The notes under the pieces were generated by a model. It was not told where the DNA came from. It made no database searches and was given only the letters and a program-made list of their open reading frames with translations. This document shows, one piece after another, positions 26,166-36,829 of a stretch of 64,000 nt of DNA. The first letter of the stretch is position 1, and every line of letters begins with the position of its first letter. Source of the DNA: Gammaproteobacteria bacterium (GTDB lineage Bacteria > Pseudomonadota > Gammaproteobacteria > UBA5335 > SLRW01); the NCBI GenBank assembly GCA_035638775.1, contig DASQZJ010000005.1, forward strand, positions 728 to 64,727, given 5' to 3'. The translations under genes and the position numbers were made by a program.

Positions 26166-27839
26166 ATGTCGGACAATCAGCGCAGTCGAGTGGTGACCCA
26201 GGGCGCCCAGCGCACCCCCAACCGGGCCATGCTGCGGGCGGTAGGCTTCGGCGACGAGGACTTCGACAAGCCGATCGTCGGGATTGCCAACGGCTACAGC
26301 ACCATCACGCCATGCAACCTGGGCCTCAACGTGCTCGCCCAGCGCGCCGACCGGGCGCTGCGCGCCGCGGGCGCGATGCCGCAGATGTTCGGCACCATCA
26401 CCGTCAGCGACGGCATTTCCATGGGCACGCCGGGCATGCGCTACTCGCTGGTTTCGCGCGAGGTGATCGCCGACTCGATCGAGACCGTGGGCAATGCGCA
26501 GAGCATGGACGGCATGCTCGCCATCGGCGGCTGCGACAAGAACATGCCGGGAGCGATGATCGCCCTGGCACGCCTGAACATCCCGTCGGTATTCGTCTAT
26601 GGCGGTACCATCAAGCCGGGGCACTACAAGGGCGAGGACCTGACCATCGTCAGCGCCTTCGAGGCGGTCGGTGCGTACTCGGCGCAGCGCATCGACGAGC
26701 AGGAGCTGCTCGAGGTGGAGCGCCACGCCTGCCCCGGGGCCGGGTCCTGCGGCGGCATGTATACCGCCAACACCATGTCCTCGGCCTTCGAGGCGATGGG
26801 CATCAGCATCCCCTGGTCCTCGACCATGGCGGCCGAGGACTCCGAGAAGGCCGACAGCGCCGCGCTCTCGGCCGAGGCGCTGATGCAGGCGATCCAGAAG
26901 CGGATCCGGCCGCGCGACCTGCTCACGCGCAAGGCGTTCGAGAACGCCATCAGCGTGGTGATGGCGCTGGGCGGCTCGACCAACGCGGTGCTGCATCTGC
27001 TGGCGATCGCACACGCCGCCGGGGTCGAGCTCGCGATCGACGATTTCGAGGAGATCCGGCAGCGCGTCCCCGTATTGTGCGATCTCAAGCCCTCCGGCCG
27101 CTACGTGGTGACCCAGTTCCACCGCGCCGGCGGGGTTCCGCAGGTCATGAAGATGCTGCTCGACCACGGGCTGCTGCACGGCGACTGTCCGAGCGTGACC
27201 GGCAAGACGCTGGCGGAAATCCTGGAGGACCTGCCTGGCGAGCCGCCGTCCGACCAGGACATCATCCACCCCTGGCACCGGCCCGTGTACCCCCGCGGAC
27301 ATCTCGCCATCCTCAAGGGCAATCTCGCCGAGGAAGGCGCGGTGGCCAAGGTTTCCGGGATCAAGCAGCGCAGCATCACCGGGCCGGCCCGGGTGTTCGA
27401 CTCCGAGGAGGAGTGCATGCAGGCCATCCTCGACGGCGGCATCGCCGAGGGTGACGTCCTGGTGATCCGCTACGAGGGCCCCCGCGGCGGTCCGGGCATG
27501 CGCGAGATGCTCTCGCCGACCTCGGCGATCGTCGGCTCCGGCCTGGGAGACAAGGTCGGCCTGGTCACCGACGGCCGATTCTCCGGCGGCACCTATGGCC
27601 TGGTGGTCGGCCACGTGGCGCCCGAAGCGGCCGCCGGCGGAACCATCGCGCTGGTGCAGGAGGGCGACAGCATCACCATCGATGCCGACCGGCGGCTGCT
27701 GCAGCTGAACGTCGAGGACGCGGAGCTGGCCCGACGTCGCGACCGCTTCCGCATTCCGGAGCCACGCGAAACCCGCGGGGTGCTGGGCAAGTACGCGCGC
27801 CTGGTTTCGAGCGCCAGCCGGGGCGCGGTCACCGACTGA
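26166..27839 (+). CDS. ilvD: Dihydroxy-acid dehydratase
   Basis: ORF trimmed to [13 protein letters not shown]. It has [25 protein letters not shown] and DGRFSGGT. Confidence 0.95.
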   Translation: MSDNQRSRVVTQGAQRTPNRAMLRAVGFGDEDFDKPIVGIANGYSTITPCNLGLNVLAQRADRALRAAGAMPQMFGTITVSDGISMGTPGMRYSLVSREVIADSIETVGNAQSMDGMLAIGGCDKNMPGAMIALARLNIPSVFVYGGTIKPGHYKGEDLTIVSAFEAVGAYSAQRIDEQELLEVERHACPGAGSCGGMYTANTMSSAFEAMGISIPWSSTMAAEDSEKADSAALSAEALMQAIQKRIRPRDLLTRKAFENAISVVMALGGSTNAVLHLLAIAHAAGVELAIDDFEEIRQRVPVLCDLKPSGRYVVTQFHRAGGVPQVMKMLLDHGLLHGDCPSVTGKTLAEILEDLPGEPPSDQDIIHPWHRPVYPRGHLAILKGNLAEEGAVAKVSGIKQRSITGPARVFDSEEECMQAILDGGIAEGDVLVIRYEGPRGGPGMREMLSPTSAIVGSGLGDKVGLVTDGRFSGGTYGLVVGHVAPEAAAGGTIALVQEGDSITIDADRRLLQLNVEDAELARRRDRFRIPEPRETRGVLGKYARLVSSASRGAVTD

Positions 27840-27863
27840 GCGGCGCGGCCCCGGGGATGCCGG

Positions 27864-30527
27864 TCAGGGACTCCCCGGCATCGACCCGATCCGGGCGCGC
27901 CCCTTCACGAACAGCTCCGCGGGCTGCACGGCGGCACCCTGCGCGTAGTCCACCCCCAGGATCCGGAGACGCTGCACGGTGGCCGGACTGTCCGCCCCCT
28001 GCGCGACGGTCTCCAGCCCCATCAGGCCGGCGATGCGGTTCAACGACTCCACCATGGCCGCGTCGACCGGATTTCCGGTCATGCCCTGGACCAGCTTGGC
28101 GTCGATCTTGAGCACGTCAACCGGCAGGTTCTTCAGGTACAGGAAGGAGCTCGCCCCGCTGCCGAAATCGTCCAGCGCCACGCGGCAACCGCGCTCCCGG
28201 ATGCGGTGAATGAATGCGGTGGTCGCCGCCGGGTTGGTGAGGGCCGCCGTCTCGCTGATCTCGAAGCACAGGCGGGCGGCATTCGCGCCACTGCGGCGAA
28301 GCTCGGACTCGACGTAGTCGACGAAGCCCTCCGCCGCCAGGGCCTGGCCCGACACGTTCAGGGAGAAGAATCCCTCGTGGGCGTCGGGACTGCGTGCCAG
28401 CCGGGTAAGGGCAGCCCGTACCGCCCAGCGGTCGATGCTTTCCATCAGGCCGTAACGTTCGGCCCCGGGCACGAAAGCGCTGGGCGGCAATACCCGCCCG
28501 TTCTCGTCGATCATGCGCAGCAGCAGCTCACGCCCGGGCGGCAGCTCCGACCCGTGCCGCAGCGGCTGGATCCGCTGGGCGTAGAGCACGAAGCGTTCCT
28601 CCTCCAGCGCCTCGTAGACCCGGTGCAGCCACTGCATCTCTCCGTGCCGATGGGCGATGGCAATCTCGTCGGGCTGATACACGTGCACCCGGTTGCGCCC
28701 CTGTTCCTTGGCCATGTAGCAGGCCGAATCCGCCGCCGCCAGGATGTCGCTGACGGTTCCGCTGCGGGCCTGAACGGGGACCACGCCGACGCTGACGCTG
28801 AGCTCGAAGGTCATGCGTTCCCAGACGAAACGGAACTGGGCCGCGATCTCCCGGAGGGTGCCCCCCACCTTCTCGGCCTCCTGCAGGCTGCAATTGAACA
28901 GCAGCACCGCGAACTCGTCGCCGCCCAGGCGGGCCAGAACGTCGTTGCCCCGGACGCGCGACCGCAGCAGCTGCCCGATCTGCCTCAGCAGCTCGTCGCC
29001 GCCGGCGTGGCCGCAGGTCTCGTTGATCAGGTTGAACTGGTCGATATCGAGATGACACAGCGCATGCTCGCGATGGTGAAAGCGCGCGGTGTGCACGGCG
29101 TGGGTCAGCTGCGCCTCGAGTTCGGCCCGGTTGATCAGGCCGGTAAGGGGATCGTGCTTGGCCTGGTACTCGATCTGCGACGCCATGCGGCGTTCCCGGC
29201 TGACGTCGTGAAACACCATTACCGCGCCGGTCGTGGCGCCGTCGCGATCACGGATGGGCGCCACGGAGCCGTTCACGGCGAAGACCGTGTCGTCAGGCCC
29301 GGCCATGGTCACCTCGTCCTCCAGGGAAACCGGCCGTCCCTCCGCCAGGCAGGCGCCGAGCGGGTCCTCCAGCGGCTTGTCCCCGTCCTCGCCGAACAGG
29401 CGCACGACCTCGGAGGCCGGCCTGCCGAGCGCGTCATCCAGGTGCCGGCCGGTGAGCCGCTCCGCGACGGGATTGAGGTAGTCCACGCGACCGCTGACGT
29501 CCGTGCTCACCACCCCGTCGCCGATCGAGCTCAGCGTGACCTGGGCGCGTTCGCGCTCTGCCACCAGGCGCGCCTCCGCCTGTCGACGCTCTCGCTGGCG
29601 GAGCCGGCCGGCGCGCAGCAGCAGCGTCAGGAACAGGGCCGCCAGCGCGGACGCGACGACCAGGCTCAGCAGCGCCACCAGGCCGAGGTCGGCAACGGAC
29701 ATCGGGTGCCACATGCTCAGCTCAAGCGTCTGGCCTCCCACCGGGACGCTGCGCTCCGCGCGGAACAGTGGCAGCCAGGCGCGCGCCGGCCGCGGCGGCG
29801 GCCCCCGCCGGTACAGCGTGCGGCCGCCGGCGCTGAGCCGCACCCCGGTGCCGGCGCGGTACACGCCCGCGTTGGCCAGGAATCTCGCGGGGGCCAGATG
29901 CAGCCAGACGATGGCGGCGGACCCGGCGGTGTCCGCGCCCGGCGCATCGCCCGGGCGCCGGGCGCTGCGCACGAGGAAGTACCCGCCCTCGCCCGGCGCG
30001 GCGGCGACATAGGCATCCCGGCTGGCATCGCGGGCCTGCCGGAGCGCGGCGCCGGACAATGGCGGAGCACCGGGACGCCCCGCCGCGTAACGCGTGTGCA
30101 TCCGCCCGTTGGCGATGCGCGTGAAACCGATGCCCTCGATGCCGGGGAAACGCTGCATGAGCCGGCGCGCCAGCTCCCGGAACGGTGCCGGGCCGGGACT
30201 GCGGCCGGCTTCGAAGAAACCCGCGACCGCCCCGAGCGCGCCGGCGCTCTCGCCCACGCGCTCCGCCAGGGCGTTGTGCATGAAACGGGCCTCCCGCTGG
30301 AAAGCGATGCGCGCCACGGCGGCGTCATGGCGCAGCATCAGCCAGCCGGGAGGCACTGCGAGCAGCACCAGGAAAACGAGGAACAGGGCCACCTGCCCCG
30401 CCGCGGGACCGGCCCTTCGGGTACGCTCTTGTGGCGTCCTTGTCACTCGTGCACCTGCAAGCGTCTGCCTTTCACGGACCCGGCGCCCGCGCGCGAAGCC
30501 CGCTCCGTCCCTGGCATGTTCCGGCAC
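27864..30527 (-). CDS. Membrane sensor CHASE-like/PAS/GGDEF/EAL protein (c-di-GMP turnover)
   Basis: Two TM segments flank a periplasmic CHASE-like region. It also has a PAS domain, RLGGDEFAVLL (GGDEF), and CFEISET / ALDDFGSG (EAL). The start is uncertain: ATG 30527 or an internal GTG (VTRTPQER). Confidence 0.85.
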   Translation of the reverse strand: MPEHARDGAGFARGRRVRERQTLAGARVTRTPQERTRRAGPAAGQVALFLVFLVLLAVPPGWLMLRHDAAVARIAFQREARFMHNALAERVGESAGALGAVAGFFEAGRSPGPAPFRELARRLMQRFPGIEGIGFTRIANGRMHTRYAAGRPGAPPLSGAALRQARDASRDAYVAAAPGEGGYFLVRSARRPGDAPGADTAGSAAIVWLHLAPARFLANAGVYRAGTGVRLSAGGRTLYRRGPPPRPARAWLPLFRAERSVPVGGQTLELSMWHPMSVADLGLVALLSLVVASALAALFLTLLLRAGRLRQRERRQAEARLVAERERAQVTLSSIGDGVVSTDVSGRVDYLNPVAERLTGRHLDDALGRPASEVVRLFGEDGDKPLEDPLGACLAEGRPVSLEDEVTMAGPDDTVFAVNGSVAPIRDRDGATTGAVMVFHDVSRERRMASQIEYQAKHDPLTGLINRAELEAQLTHAVHTARFHHREHALCHLDIDQFNLINETCGHAGGDELLRQIGQLLRSRVRGNDVLARLGGDEFAVLLFNCSLQEAEKVGGTLREIAAQFRFVWERMTFELSVSVGVVPVQARSGTVSDILAAADSACYMAKEQGRNRVHVYQPDEIAIAHRHGEMQWLHRVYEALEEERFVLYAQRIQPLRHGSELPPGRELLLRMIDENGRVLPPSAFVPGAERYGLMESIDRWAVRAALTRLARSPDAHEGFFSLNVSGQALAAEGFVDYVESELRRSGANAARLCFEISETAALTNPAATTAFIHRIRERGCRVALDDFGSGASSFLYLKNLPVDVLKIDAKLVQGMTGNPVDAAMVESLNRIAGLMGLETVAQGADSPATVQRLRILGVDYAQGAAVQPAELFVKGRARIGSMPGSP

Positions 30528-30603
30528 TGGTGCCGGCGGCCCGCGCGAGGCCGGTCGCTACTCATTCTGGGCAGGGAAGCCCCGCAATTCAAACACCAGT
30601 CAT

Positions 30604-30609
30604 ATTATA
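30604..30609 (-). promoter_or_regulatory. Perfect TATAAT -10 hexamer upstream of the GGDEF-EAL gene
   Basis: The minus strand reads ..GGTTCCTATAATATGAC.., 28 nt after the hrpA stop and ~75 nt before ATG 30527. No good -35 is present. Confidence 0.35.
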
Positions 30610-30637
30610 GGAACCTTTGCAGGAAACCCTGAGCACT

Positions 30638-33600
30638 TCAGGGGTTCCCCCGCGCGCTCCCGGCCATGGCCCGAACCTCCTGCACCAGGGCGGCAAGGCG
30701 CCGGTCCGACACGGACACGCTGGTACCCGTCTCCTGGGCGAACAACGATACGCGGTACTCCTCGAGCATCCACCGCAGCTCCGCGGCGCCCGGCTCCCCG
30801 GCCTCGGCGAGCCGGGCGCAGACCGTCTCCCAGTGCGCCACCGCCTTCATCGCGCGCTGATCCCGGTCCAGCCGCCCAGGCAACTTGTCCAGTCGCCTCC
30901 CGGCCGCATCCAGGAAAGCCGCCAGGCGCGGCCGCCACTGCGCCGGCGTGGCCGCGACGAAACCCGGATACACCAGCCGCTCCGCCTGCGCGGCCACGTC
31001 GCGCACGGCCGCCATCTGTGCCAGGGGGATGCTGCCCTGGAGCCGCTTCTGCAACGCCTGGCGGGCCGCCAGTGCCGCCGCCGCCTCGTCCGCGATGCGT
31101 TGTGCGGCCGGTACCAGCCCGCCCCGGCCCCGCTCCAGGCACGCGCGGAATGCGGCGGCGTCGCGGGGCAGCGGAGCCGGCTCCAGAAAGACCTCCGCCG
31201 TTGCCGCGTCCAGGATGTCCCGGCACAGCTCGTCCGCCCCGCCCAGGGACGCGTAATGGAGGCACATCTCCCGGCGCGCGGTGATCTCCTTCTCCAGGTA
31301 GCGGTACTGCTGGCGCAGCGCCCGCCGGACCAGGGCCGCGATCCCGCGCCGGTGAGCGCGCGCCGCCCGTCCCGGCTCTTCCAGCAGGCGCAGGGCCACA
31401 CGGTCCTGCTCCGGAACCAGCGCCGGCCAGGCGCGCACCGGGGTGCCGTCCGCGTCCGTATCGATGTACGGGGGCAGCCCCGGGAAGTCCCGGCCCGACA
31501 CGTCCTCGCGTTCGTGGCGGTCCCGCACCACGGCGCTGTCGAACGCCGCCAGCGCCTGCTCGCCCAGGCGCCGGCGGAGTCGCTCCAGGTCGGTGCCCTC
31601 CGCCCGGGGCTCGCCGCGCGCGTCGAGCACGCGGAAGCGCATCACCAGGTGCGGAGGCAACGCGTCCTCACGGAAATCCTCCGCCGCGATATCGACCCCG
31701 GTGATGCGCGACAGCTCCGCGGCGACCGCTTCGCGCAGTGGACGCTCCGAGCGCGTCGGCAGGCTCTGGGCACAGGCCCGTGCGAACCGCGGTGCCGGCA
31801 CGACGTTGCGGCGGAGCGACTTCGGCAGCGCGCGGATCAGCGCGGTGATCTTTTCCGGCAGCAGCCCGGGAACCAGCCACTCGAACGGCTCCGCGGGCAG
31901 CTGCGCCAGTGCCGCGAGCGGGATCTCGGCCGTGACGCCGTCCGCCTCGGCGGCCGGATCGAAGGCGTACGAAAGGGGCACCCGCACGCCCCCGACCTCG
32001 ATGAGGTCGGGGTACTGCCGTTCGATGCCCGCGTCCGGCCCACGGCGCAACAGCGTGTCGCGGTCGAGGTCCAGTATCCCCGGCTCGTGCTTCGCGGCGC
32101 CATCCAGCCAGCGTCGGAACCCGCGCAGGTCGCAGAGCTCGGCGGGCAGCCGCCGATCGTAGAAATCCGCCAGCGTGTCCTTGTCGACCAGCAAATCCCG
32201 GCGCCGAAGGCGTGCCTCCAGGTCCCGGACCTCCGCGATCCGCTGCCGGTTCCGTTCCAGCACCGGCGGCAGGCAGTCGAGGTCGCAGTCCACCAGCGCG
32301 CAGCGGATGAAGATCCGGCGCGCGCCCCCGGAATCCACGGGGGCATAATCCACGCCGCGCCGCTCGGCCAGCACCAGCCCGTGGAGACTGATCTGCTGCC
32401 AGGCCCGCACCCGTCCCCGCCGCCGGTCCCAGTGCGGCTCGCGGGTGTTCCGCCGCAACAGGTGCGCGCCGAGCTCCTCGATCCAGGCCGGCTCGATCAC
32501 CGCGACACAGGTTCCAAACAGGCGGCTGGTCTCCACCAGCTCGGCTGCCATCACCCAGCGCGGGCCCGAGCGGGCCAGCGCCGACCCGGGGTGGATCCGG
32601 AAACGCACGCCGCGCCGCCCCTCGTAATCGCCCTCCTCCCGGCGCCTGCCGACCTGTCCCAGCAGGCCGGTCAGCAGGGCGCGGTGGATCGCCGCGTATC
32701 CCGCCTCCCCGCGGTTCGGGTGGAGATCGAGCTCGCGCGCGTACTGCCACAGCTCCCGGTGAATGTCCTGCCACTCCCGCATCCGCGGCCGGGAGAGAAA
32801 ATGCTCCCGGCAGTAGCGGCGCAGCTCCGACTGCGACAGGTCCGCCGTCTCCGCGCGGTAGATCCGCCACAGCCGCAGATAACCCAGGAAGTCGGAGCGC
32901 TCGTCTCGGAAACGCGCATGGCGGGCGTCCGCCGCCTCCCCGCGGTCGGCCGGCCGTTCCCGCGGGTCCTGCAGGCTCAGCGCCGCGGCGATCACCAGGA
33001 TCTCGGTCAGGCATCCCTCGCGCGCGGCGGCCAGGATCATCCGCCCGACGGCGGGCTCGACCGGCAGGCGCGCGAGGTCCCGGCCGACATCGCTCAGCTC
33101 GCCGTCGGCATCCAGTGCACCCAGCTCGGTGAGCTGGCGCAGTCCGTCGTTGACGCGCCGCTCGTCAGGCGGATCGATGAACGGGAAGTCGTCGATTCGC
33201 CCCAGGTCCAGCGCCTTCATGCGCAGGATCACGCCTGCCAGGCTGGTGCGCAGGATCTCCGGATCGGTGAAGCGCGGACGCCTCTGGTAGTCCGTCTCCG
33301 CGTAGAGCCGCAGGCAGATGCCGGGCCCGACCCGTCCGCAGCGGCCGGCCCGCTGGTCCGCGCTGGCGCGCGAAACCGGTTCGATCGGCAGCCGCTGGAC
33401 CTTGGTCCGATGGCTGTAGCGATTGATCCGTGCCAGACCGGGATCGATCACGTAGCGGATTCCCGGGACCGTCACCGAGGTCTCCGCCACGTTGGTCGCC
33501 AGCACGATGCGGTGGCCCGTGGCACCGGGACGGAAGACCCGGTTCTGCGCGCGCGCGGCCAGTCGCGCGTAGAGCGGAAGCACTTCCGCGCCGGAAGGCC

Positions 33601-34540
33601 CTCGGCGCGCCAGGACCTCCGCGGTCTCCCGGATATCCCGCTCGCCGGACAGGAACACCAGCACGTCCCCCGGCCCTTCCCGCCAGAGCTCCCCGATGCC
33701 ATCCAGGATTGCCTCCTGCAGGTCCGCGCGGCGGCCGCCATCGGCATCCGGCGGACGATGACGGACCTCCACCGGCCAGCCCCGGCCCGACACTTCCAGC
33801 ACCGGAGCATCGTCGAAATGGCGCGAGAAGCGCTGTGGATCGATCGTCGCGGAGGTGATCACCACGCGCAGGTCGGGCCGGCGTGGCAGCAGCCGCTTCA
33901 GGTAGCCCAGCAGGAAGTCGATGTTGAGACTGCGCTCATGCGCCTCGTCGATGATCAGCGCGTCGTATTCGTACAGACCGGGGTCGCTCCGGGTCTCGGC
34001 GAGCAGGATGCCGTCGGTCATCACCTTGATCGCCGCAGCGGGCTCCAGCCGCTCGCCGAAGCGAACCTTGTAGCCGACGCAGCGCCCGACCGGGGTGTCC
34101 ATCTCTGCGGCGATGCGCGTGGCCACCATGCGCGCCGCCAGCCGCCGGGGCTGGGTATGGCCGATGCGGCCGCGCGCGCCGCACCCGGCCTCGATCAGCA
34201 TCTTGGGGAGCTGCGTGGTCTTGCCGGAACCGGTCTCGCCGCAGACCACGACCACCTGGCAGCGACGCAGCGTCGCGACTATTTCCTCCCGGGCCTCCAC
34301 CACCGGGAGCCCCGGCGGGTAGTGCAGCGGCGGCGTCGCCCGGCGGCGCAGGGCCACCCGCTCCAGGCTCGCCTCCAGGCGCCGGGCGATCCGGTCCAGC
34401 TCGCGGTCGACGGGCTGTCCGCGCCCGAGCCGACACTCGACACGGCGCAGCCGCCGGTTCAGATCGGGCAGATCCCGGCTGCCGGCGGCCGTCACGCGGC
34501 GCGCCAGTTCCCTGAATTGTCGCTGTTCGCTGTCGCTCAT
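30638..34540 (-). CDS. hrpA: ATP-dependent RNA helicase HrpA (DEAH box)
   Basis: 1300 aa, with VCGETGSGKTTQLPK, IIDEAHERS, SATID, TNVAETS and QRAGRCGR, plus the long HrpA C-terminal region. Confidence 0.95.
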   Translation of the reverse strand: MSDSEQRQFRELARRVTAAGSRDLPDLNRRLRRVECRLGRGQPVDRELDRIARRLEASLERVALRRRATPPLHYPPGLPVVEAREEIVATLRRCQVVVVCGETGSGKTTQLPKMLIEAGCGARGRIGHTQPRRLAARMVATRIAAEMDTPVGRCVGYKVRFGERLEPAAAIKVMTDGILLAETRSDPGLYEYDALIIDEAHERSLNIDFLLGYLKRLLPRRPDLRVVITSATIDPQRFSRHFDDAPVLEVSGRGWPVEVRHRPPDADGGRRADLQEAILDGIGELWREGPGDVLVFLSGERDIRETAEVLARRGPSGAEVLPLYARLAARAQNRVFRPGATGHRIVLATNVAETSVTVPGIRYVIDPGLARINRYSHRTKVQRLPIEPVSRASADQRAGRCGRVGPGICLRLYAETDYQRRPRFTDPEILRTSLAGVILRMKALDLGRIDDFPFIDPPDERRVNDGLRQLTELGALDADGELSDVGRDLARLPVEPAVGRMILAAAREGCLTEILVIAAALSLQDPRERPADRGEAADARHARFRDERSDFLGYLRLWRIYRAETADLSQSELRRYCREHFLSRPRMREWQDIHRELWQYARELDLHPNRGEAGYAAIHRALLTGLLGQVGRRREEGDYEGRRGVRFRIHPGSALARSGPRWVMAAELVETSRLFGTCVAVIEPAWIEELGAHLLRRNTREPHWDRRRGRVRAWQQISLHGLVLAERRGVDYAPVDSGGARRIFIRCALVDCDLDCLPPVLERNRQRIAEVRDLEARLRRRDLLVDKDTLADFYDRRLPAELCDLRGFRRWLDGAAKHEPGILDLDRDTLLRRGPDAGIERQYPDLIEVGGVRVPLSYAFDPAAEADGVTAEIPLAALAQLPAEPFEWLVPGLLPEKITALIRALPKSLRRNVVPAPRFARACAQSLPTRSERPLREAVAAELSRITGVDIAAEDFREDALPPHLVMRFRVLDARGEPRAEGTDLERLRRRLGEQALAAFDSAVVRDRHEREDVSGRDFPGLPPYIDTDADGTPVRAWPALVPEQDRVALRLLEEPGRAARAHRRGIAALVRRALRQQYRYLEKEITARREMCLHYASLGGADELCRDILDAATAEVFLEPAPLPRDAAAFRACLERGRGGLVPAAQRIADEAAAALAARQALQKRLQGSIPLAQMAAVRDVAAQAERLVYPGFVAATPAQWRPRLAAFLDAAGRRLDKLPGRLDRDQRAMKAVAHWETVCARLAEAGEPGAAELRWMLEEYRVSLFAQETGTSVSVSDRRLAALVQEVRAMAGSARGNP

Positions 34541-34650
34541 CCTGTGCGGGAGCGGACGATCCGGAGCCAGGCAAGGCCATTGGTCCCGGGGCGCGGTTCG
34601 CTCCGGAAAACCCGGGAAACGACTTCAGAATATCTCCTCATGTTTCTATT

Positions 34651-36048
34651 TTATCGGTTCTTTTTCCGCTTTTCTCCGCCGTCCTCGATCCCGGCGCCGG
34701 GAAGTGTCACCGAGACTCGCGCGCCCCCGAGATCCGGCGACCGCTCGACCGACACCTCGCCCCCATACATCACCACGATGTCGCCGACCACGGCCAGGCC
34801 AATGCCCTGCCCCTGGACGCTCTGGTCCCCGCGCACGCCACGCCGGAGCAGGCGGTCCGCATGGCGCTCGGGAATACCGGGCCCATCGTCCTCGACGCTG
34901 ACCCGGACCCGGCCGCCGCCCGTTCCCCCGCTCCGCCCGGCGGTGATCCGCACCCGGCCTCTCGCCCACTTGCAGGCGTTGTCGCCAAGGTTCCCGAGCA
35001 CTTCCAGGAGGTCTCCTTCCTCCCCCAGGAAGGTCAGGCCCTCCGGAACCGCCAGCGTGATGTCCAGCCCCCGATCCCGATAGACCTTCCCGAGCGTGCT
35101 GCGGATACGCTCGGCGCAGGCTGCGACGTCGACGGCCTTGCCGCCGGCCCGGGTCCCCGAGGCCGCGGCGCGCTGGAGCTGGTAGTCCACGATCTGCTGG
35201 AGCCGGTTGATCTGCTCCCGCAGCCTGCTGCCCAGCTCCGGCGGCATCGCTTCCTCGTTGCAGTGGGAGGTCATCACCGCCAGCGGCGTCTTGAGACTGT
35301 GTGCCAGATCCTCCAGCGAGTGCCGGTAGCGCTCGAGGTGCGCGTGCTGGCTGCGCACCAGGGCATTCAGGTTATCGGCAAGCCGCGCCAGCTCCCGGGG
35401 ATAACGGCCGGTCAGCTCCGTGTGCCGCCCGGCCTCCATGGCCGCCAGGTCGGACTCGATCCGCCGCAACGGGCGCAGCCCGAGCCGCAGCACGATCGCC
35501 TGGATCGCCAGCAGCAGGCCGGTCAGCACGGCGAAGCCGGTGAACAGGTTGGTGCGGAACTGGGCGAGCTGGCGGTCGTAGGGCCCCAGGCTCTCCGCCA
35601 CGTCGAAGATGAACGGGATCTGGTCCCCGGAGCGGGTCTGCCAGACCACGCTGTAGCTCAGGGTGTAAAGCGCCTTGCCGCGGCTGTCCTCGACCCGCGC
35701 GGTGCGCTCGCCGCCGGACGGCACGTGCTTCGGATACGGGATCCGGATGCCTTTCGCCGACGGCGAGCGCCACAGCACCGGGCCGCCGGGGAAGCGGATC
35801 TGGCCGTAGAGCCCGGAAGCGCGCCGGGACAGGCGCGGATTGGGCATGGTCGACGGCATGCGCAGGTCGCCCACCGGGTCGACGTTCGCTGCCGACATCA
35901 GTCCGTAGGCGGTCAGCTGCAGGTTGTGCCTGAGCGTCTCTTCGGCCGTGCGCCGGAAGACGTAATCGAGCACGCCGCCGGAGAGGGTAAAGAAAAGCAC
36001 CAGCACCAGGCTGGCGGCCACCAGCATCCTGGCGTTGATCGAACGCAT
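34651..36048 (-). CDS. Sensor histidine kinase (PhoQ-like topology)
   Basis: It has TM-periplasmic-TM-HAMP topology, an H-box EDLAHSLKTPLAVM, N/G boxes (GNLGDNACKW, EDDGPGIP, GQGIGLAVV), and a Lys-rich tail. Confidence 0.88.
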   Translation of the reverse strand: MRSINARMLVAASLVLVLFFTLSGGVLDYVFRRTAEETLRHNLQLTAYGLMSAANVDPVGDLRMPSTMPNPRLSRRASGLYGQIRFPGGPVLWRSPSAKGIRIPYPKHVPSGGERTARVEDSRGKALYTLSYSVVWQTRSGDQIPFIFDVAESLGPYDRQLAQFRTNLFTGFAVLTGLLLAIQAIVLRLGLRPLRRIESDLAAMEAGRHTELTGRYPRELARLADNLNALVRSQHAHLERYRHSLEDLAHSLKTPLAVMTSHCNEEAMPPELGSRLREQINRLQQIVDYQLQRAAASGTRAGGKAVDVAACAERIRSTLGKVYRDRGLDITLAVPEGLTFLGEEGDLLEVLGNLGDNACKWARGRVRITAGRSGGTGGGRVRVSVEDDGPGIPERHADRLLRRGVRGDQSVQGQGIGLAVVGDIVVMYGGEVSVERSPDLGGARVSVTLPGAGIEDGGEKRKKNR

Positions 36049-36725
36049 CAGCGCTCGCCGGCGGAGAACCGGTAGCCACGGCCGCGCAGCGTCTCCAGCG
36101 GCTGTCTGCTGCCGTCGGGGTCGAGCTTGCGGCGCACCCGGCCGATCAGCACTTCGATCACGTTGCTGTCGCGGTCGTCGTCGTCCGGGTACAGGTGCTC
36201 GCTGAGCTCGGTCTTGGAGACCACCTGGCCGGCATGCAGCATCAGGTACTCTATGATCCGGTATTCGTACGCCGTGAGATTGACGGGTTGCCCTCCGACC
36301 GTGACCCTCTGCGCCGCCGTATCCAGCCGGATGTCACCGCACTCCAGCACCGGGGAGGCCCACCCGGCGGCGCGCCGCAGCAGCGCGTTGACCCGTGCCG
36401 CGAGCTCCTCCGGCTGGAACGGCTTGACCAGGTAGTCGTCAGCGCCCGCCTCCAGCCCGGCGACCTTGTCCTGCCAGCGCCCGCGGGCCGTCAGGATCAG
36501 CACGGGGAAATCCCGCCGCCGTTCGCGCCAGGTGCGGATTACGTCCATCCCGCTCGCGTCCGGCAGGCCCAGATCGACAACCGCCACGTCCACGGGGTAT
36601 TCCTCGCCCAGGAAGACCGCCTCCTCGGCCTCGCCGGTACTGTCGACCACGAAGCCGGCGGTGCGGAACTGCTCCGCGAGGCTCTCGCGCAGGTTGGCCT
36701 CATCCTCGACGATCAGCAGGCGCAT
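36048..36725 (-). CDS. OmpR/PhoB-family response regulator (PhoP-like)
   Basis: ORF 36048..37274 trimmed to MRLLIVEDE (GGAGGG Shine-Dalgarno). It has a receiver domain and a winged-helix domain (LTAYEYRIIEYL...GRGYRF). Its stop overlaps the kinase ATG by 1 nt. Confidence 0.9.
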   Translation of the reverse strand: MRLLIVEDEANLRESLAEQFRTAGFVVDSTGEAEEAVFLGEEYPVDVAVVDLGLPDASGMDVIRTWRERRRDFPVLILTARGRWQDKVAGLEAGADDYLVKPFQPEELAARVNALLRRAAGWASPVLECGDIRLDTAAQRVTVGGQPVNLTAYEYRIIEYLMLHAGQVVSKTELSEHLYPDDDDRDSNVIEVLIGRVRRKLDPDGSRQPLETLRGRGYRFSAGER

Positions 36726-36829
36726 GCTTTCCCTCCGGACCACGCGGCCGCGGGCCTCGTCCGCAGCGTCCCAATCGTTCCACTCCAGTCCCGCCGGAGC
36801 AAGCATAACGCCCGTCGCTGAACCCGTGG

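Noticed and set aside
24413-27454. 1013-aa plus-strand ORF spanning the large ACAD (antisense) and part of ilvD (out of frame)
   Set aside because: It has a shadow-frame composition. Real genes with strong motifs occupy the same DNA in other frames.
30617-35083. 1488-aa ORF on the plus strand covering all of hrpA
   Set aside because: It is exactly codon-aligned antisense to hrpA, so its codon position 1 complements the GC-rich third positions and stop codons are suppressed. The product is Pro/Arg/Ala/Gly-rich with no motif. This is an expected artefact in high-GC genomes.
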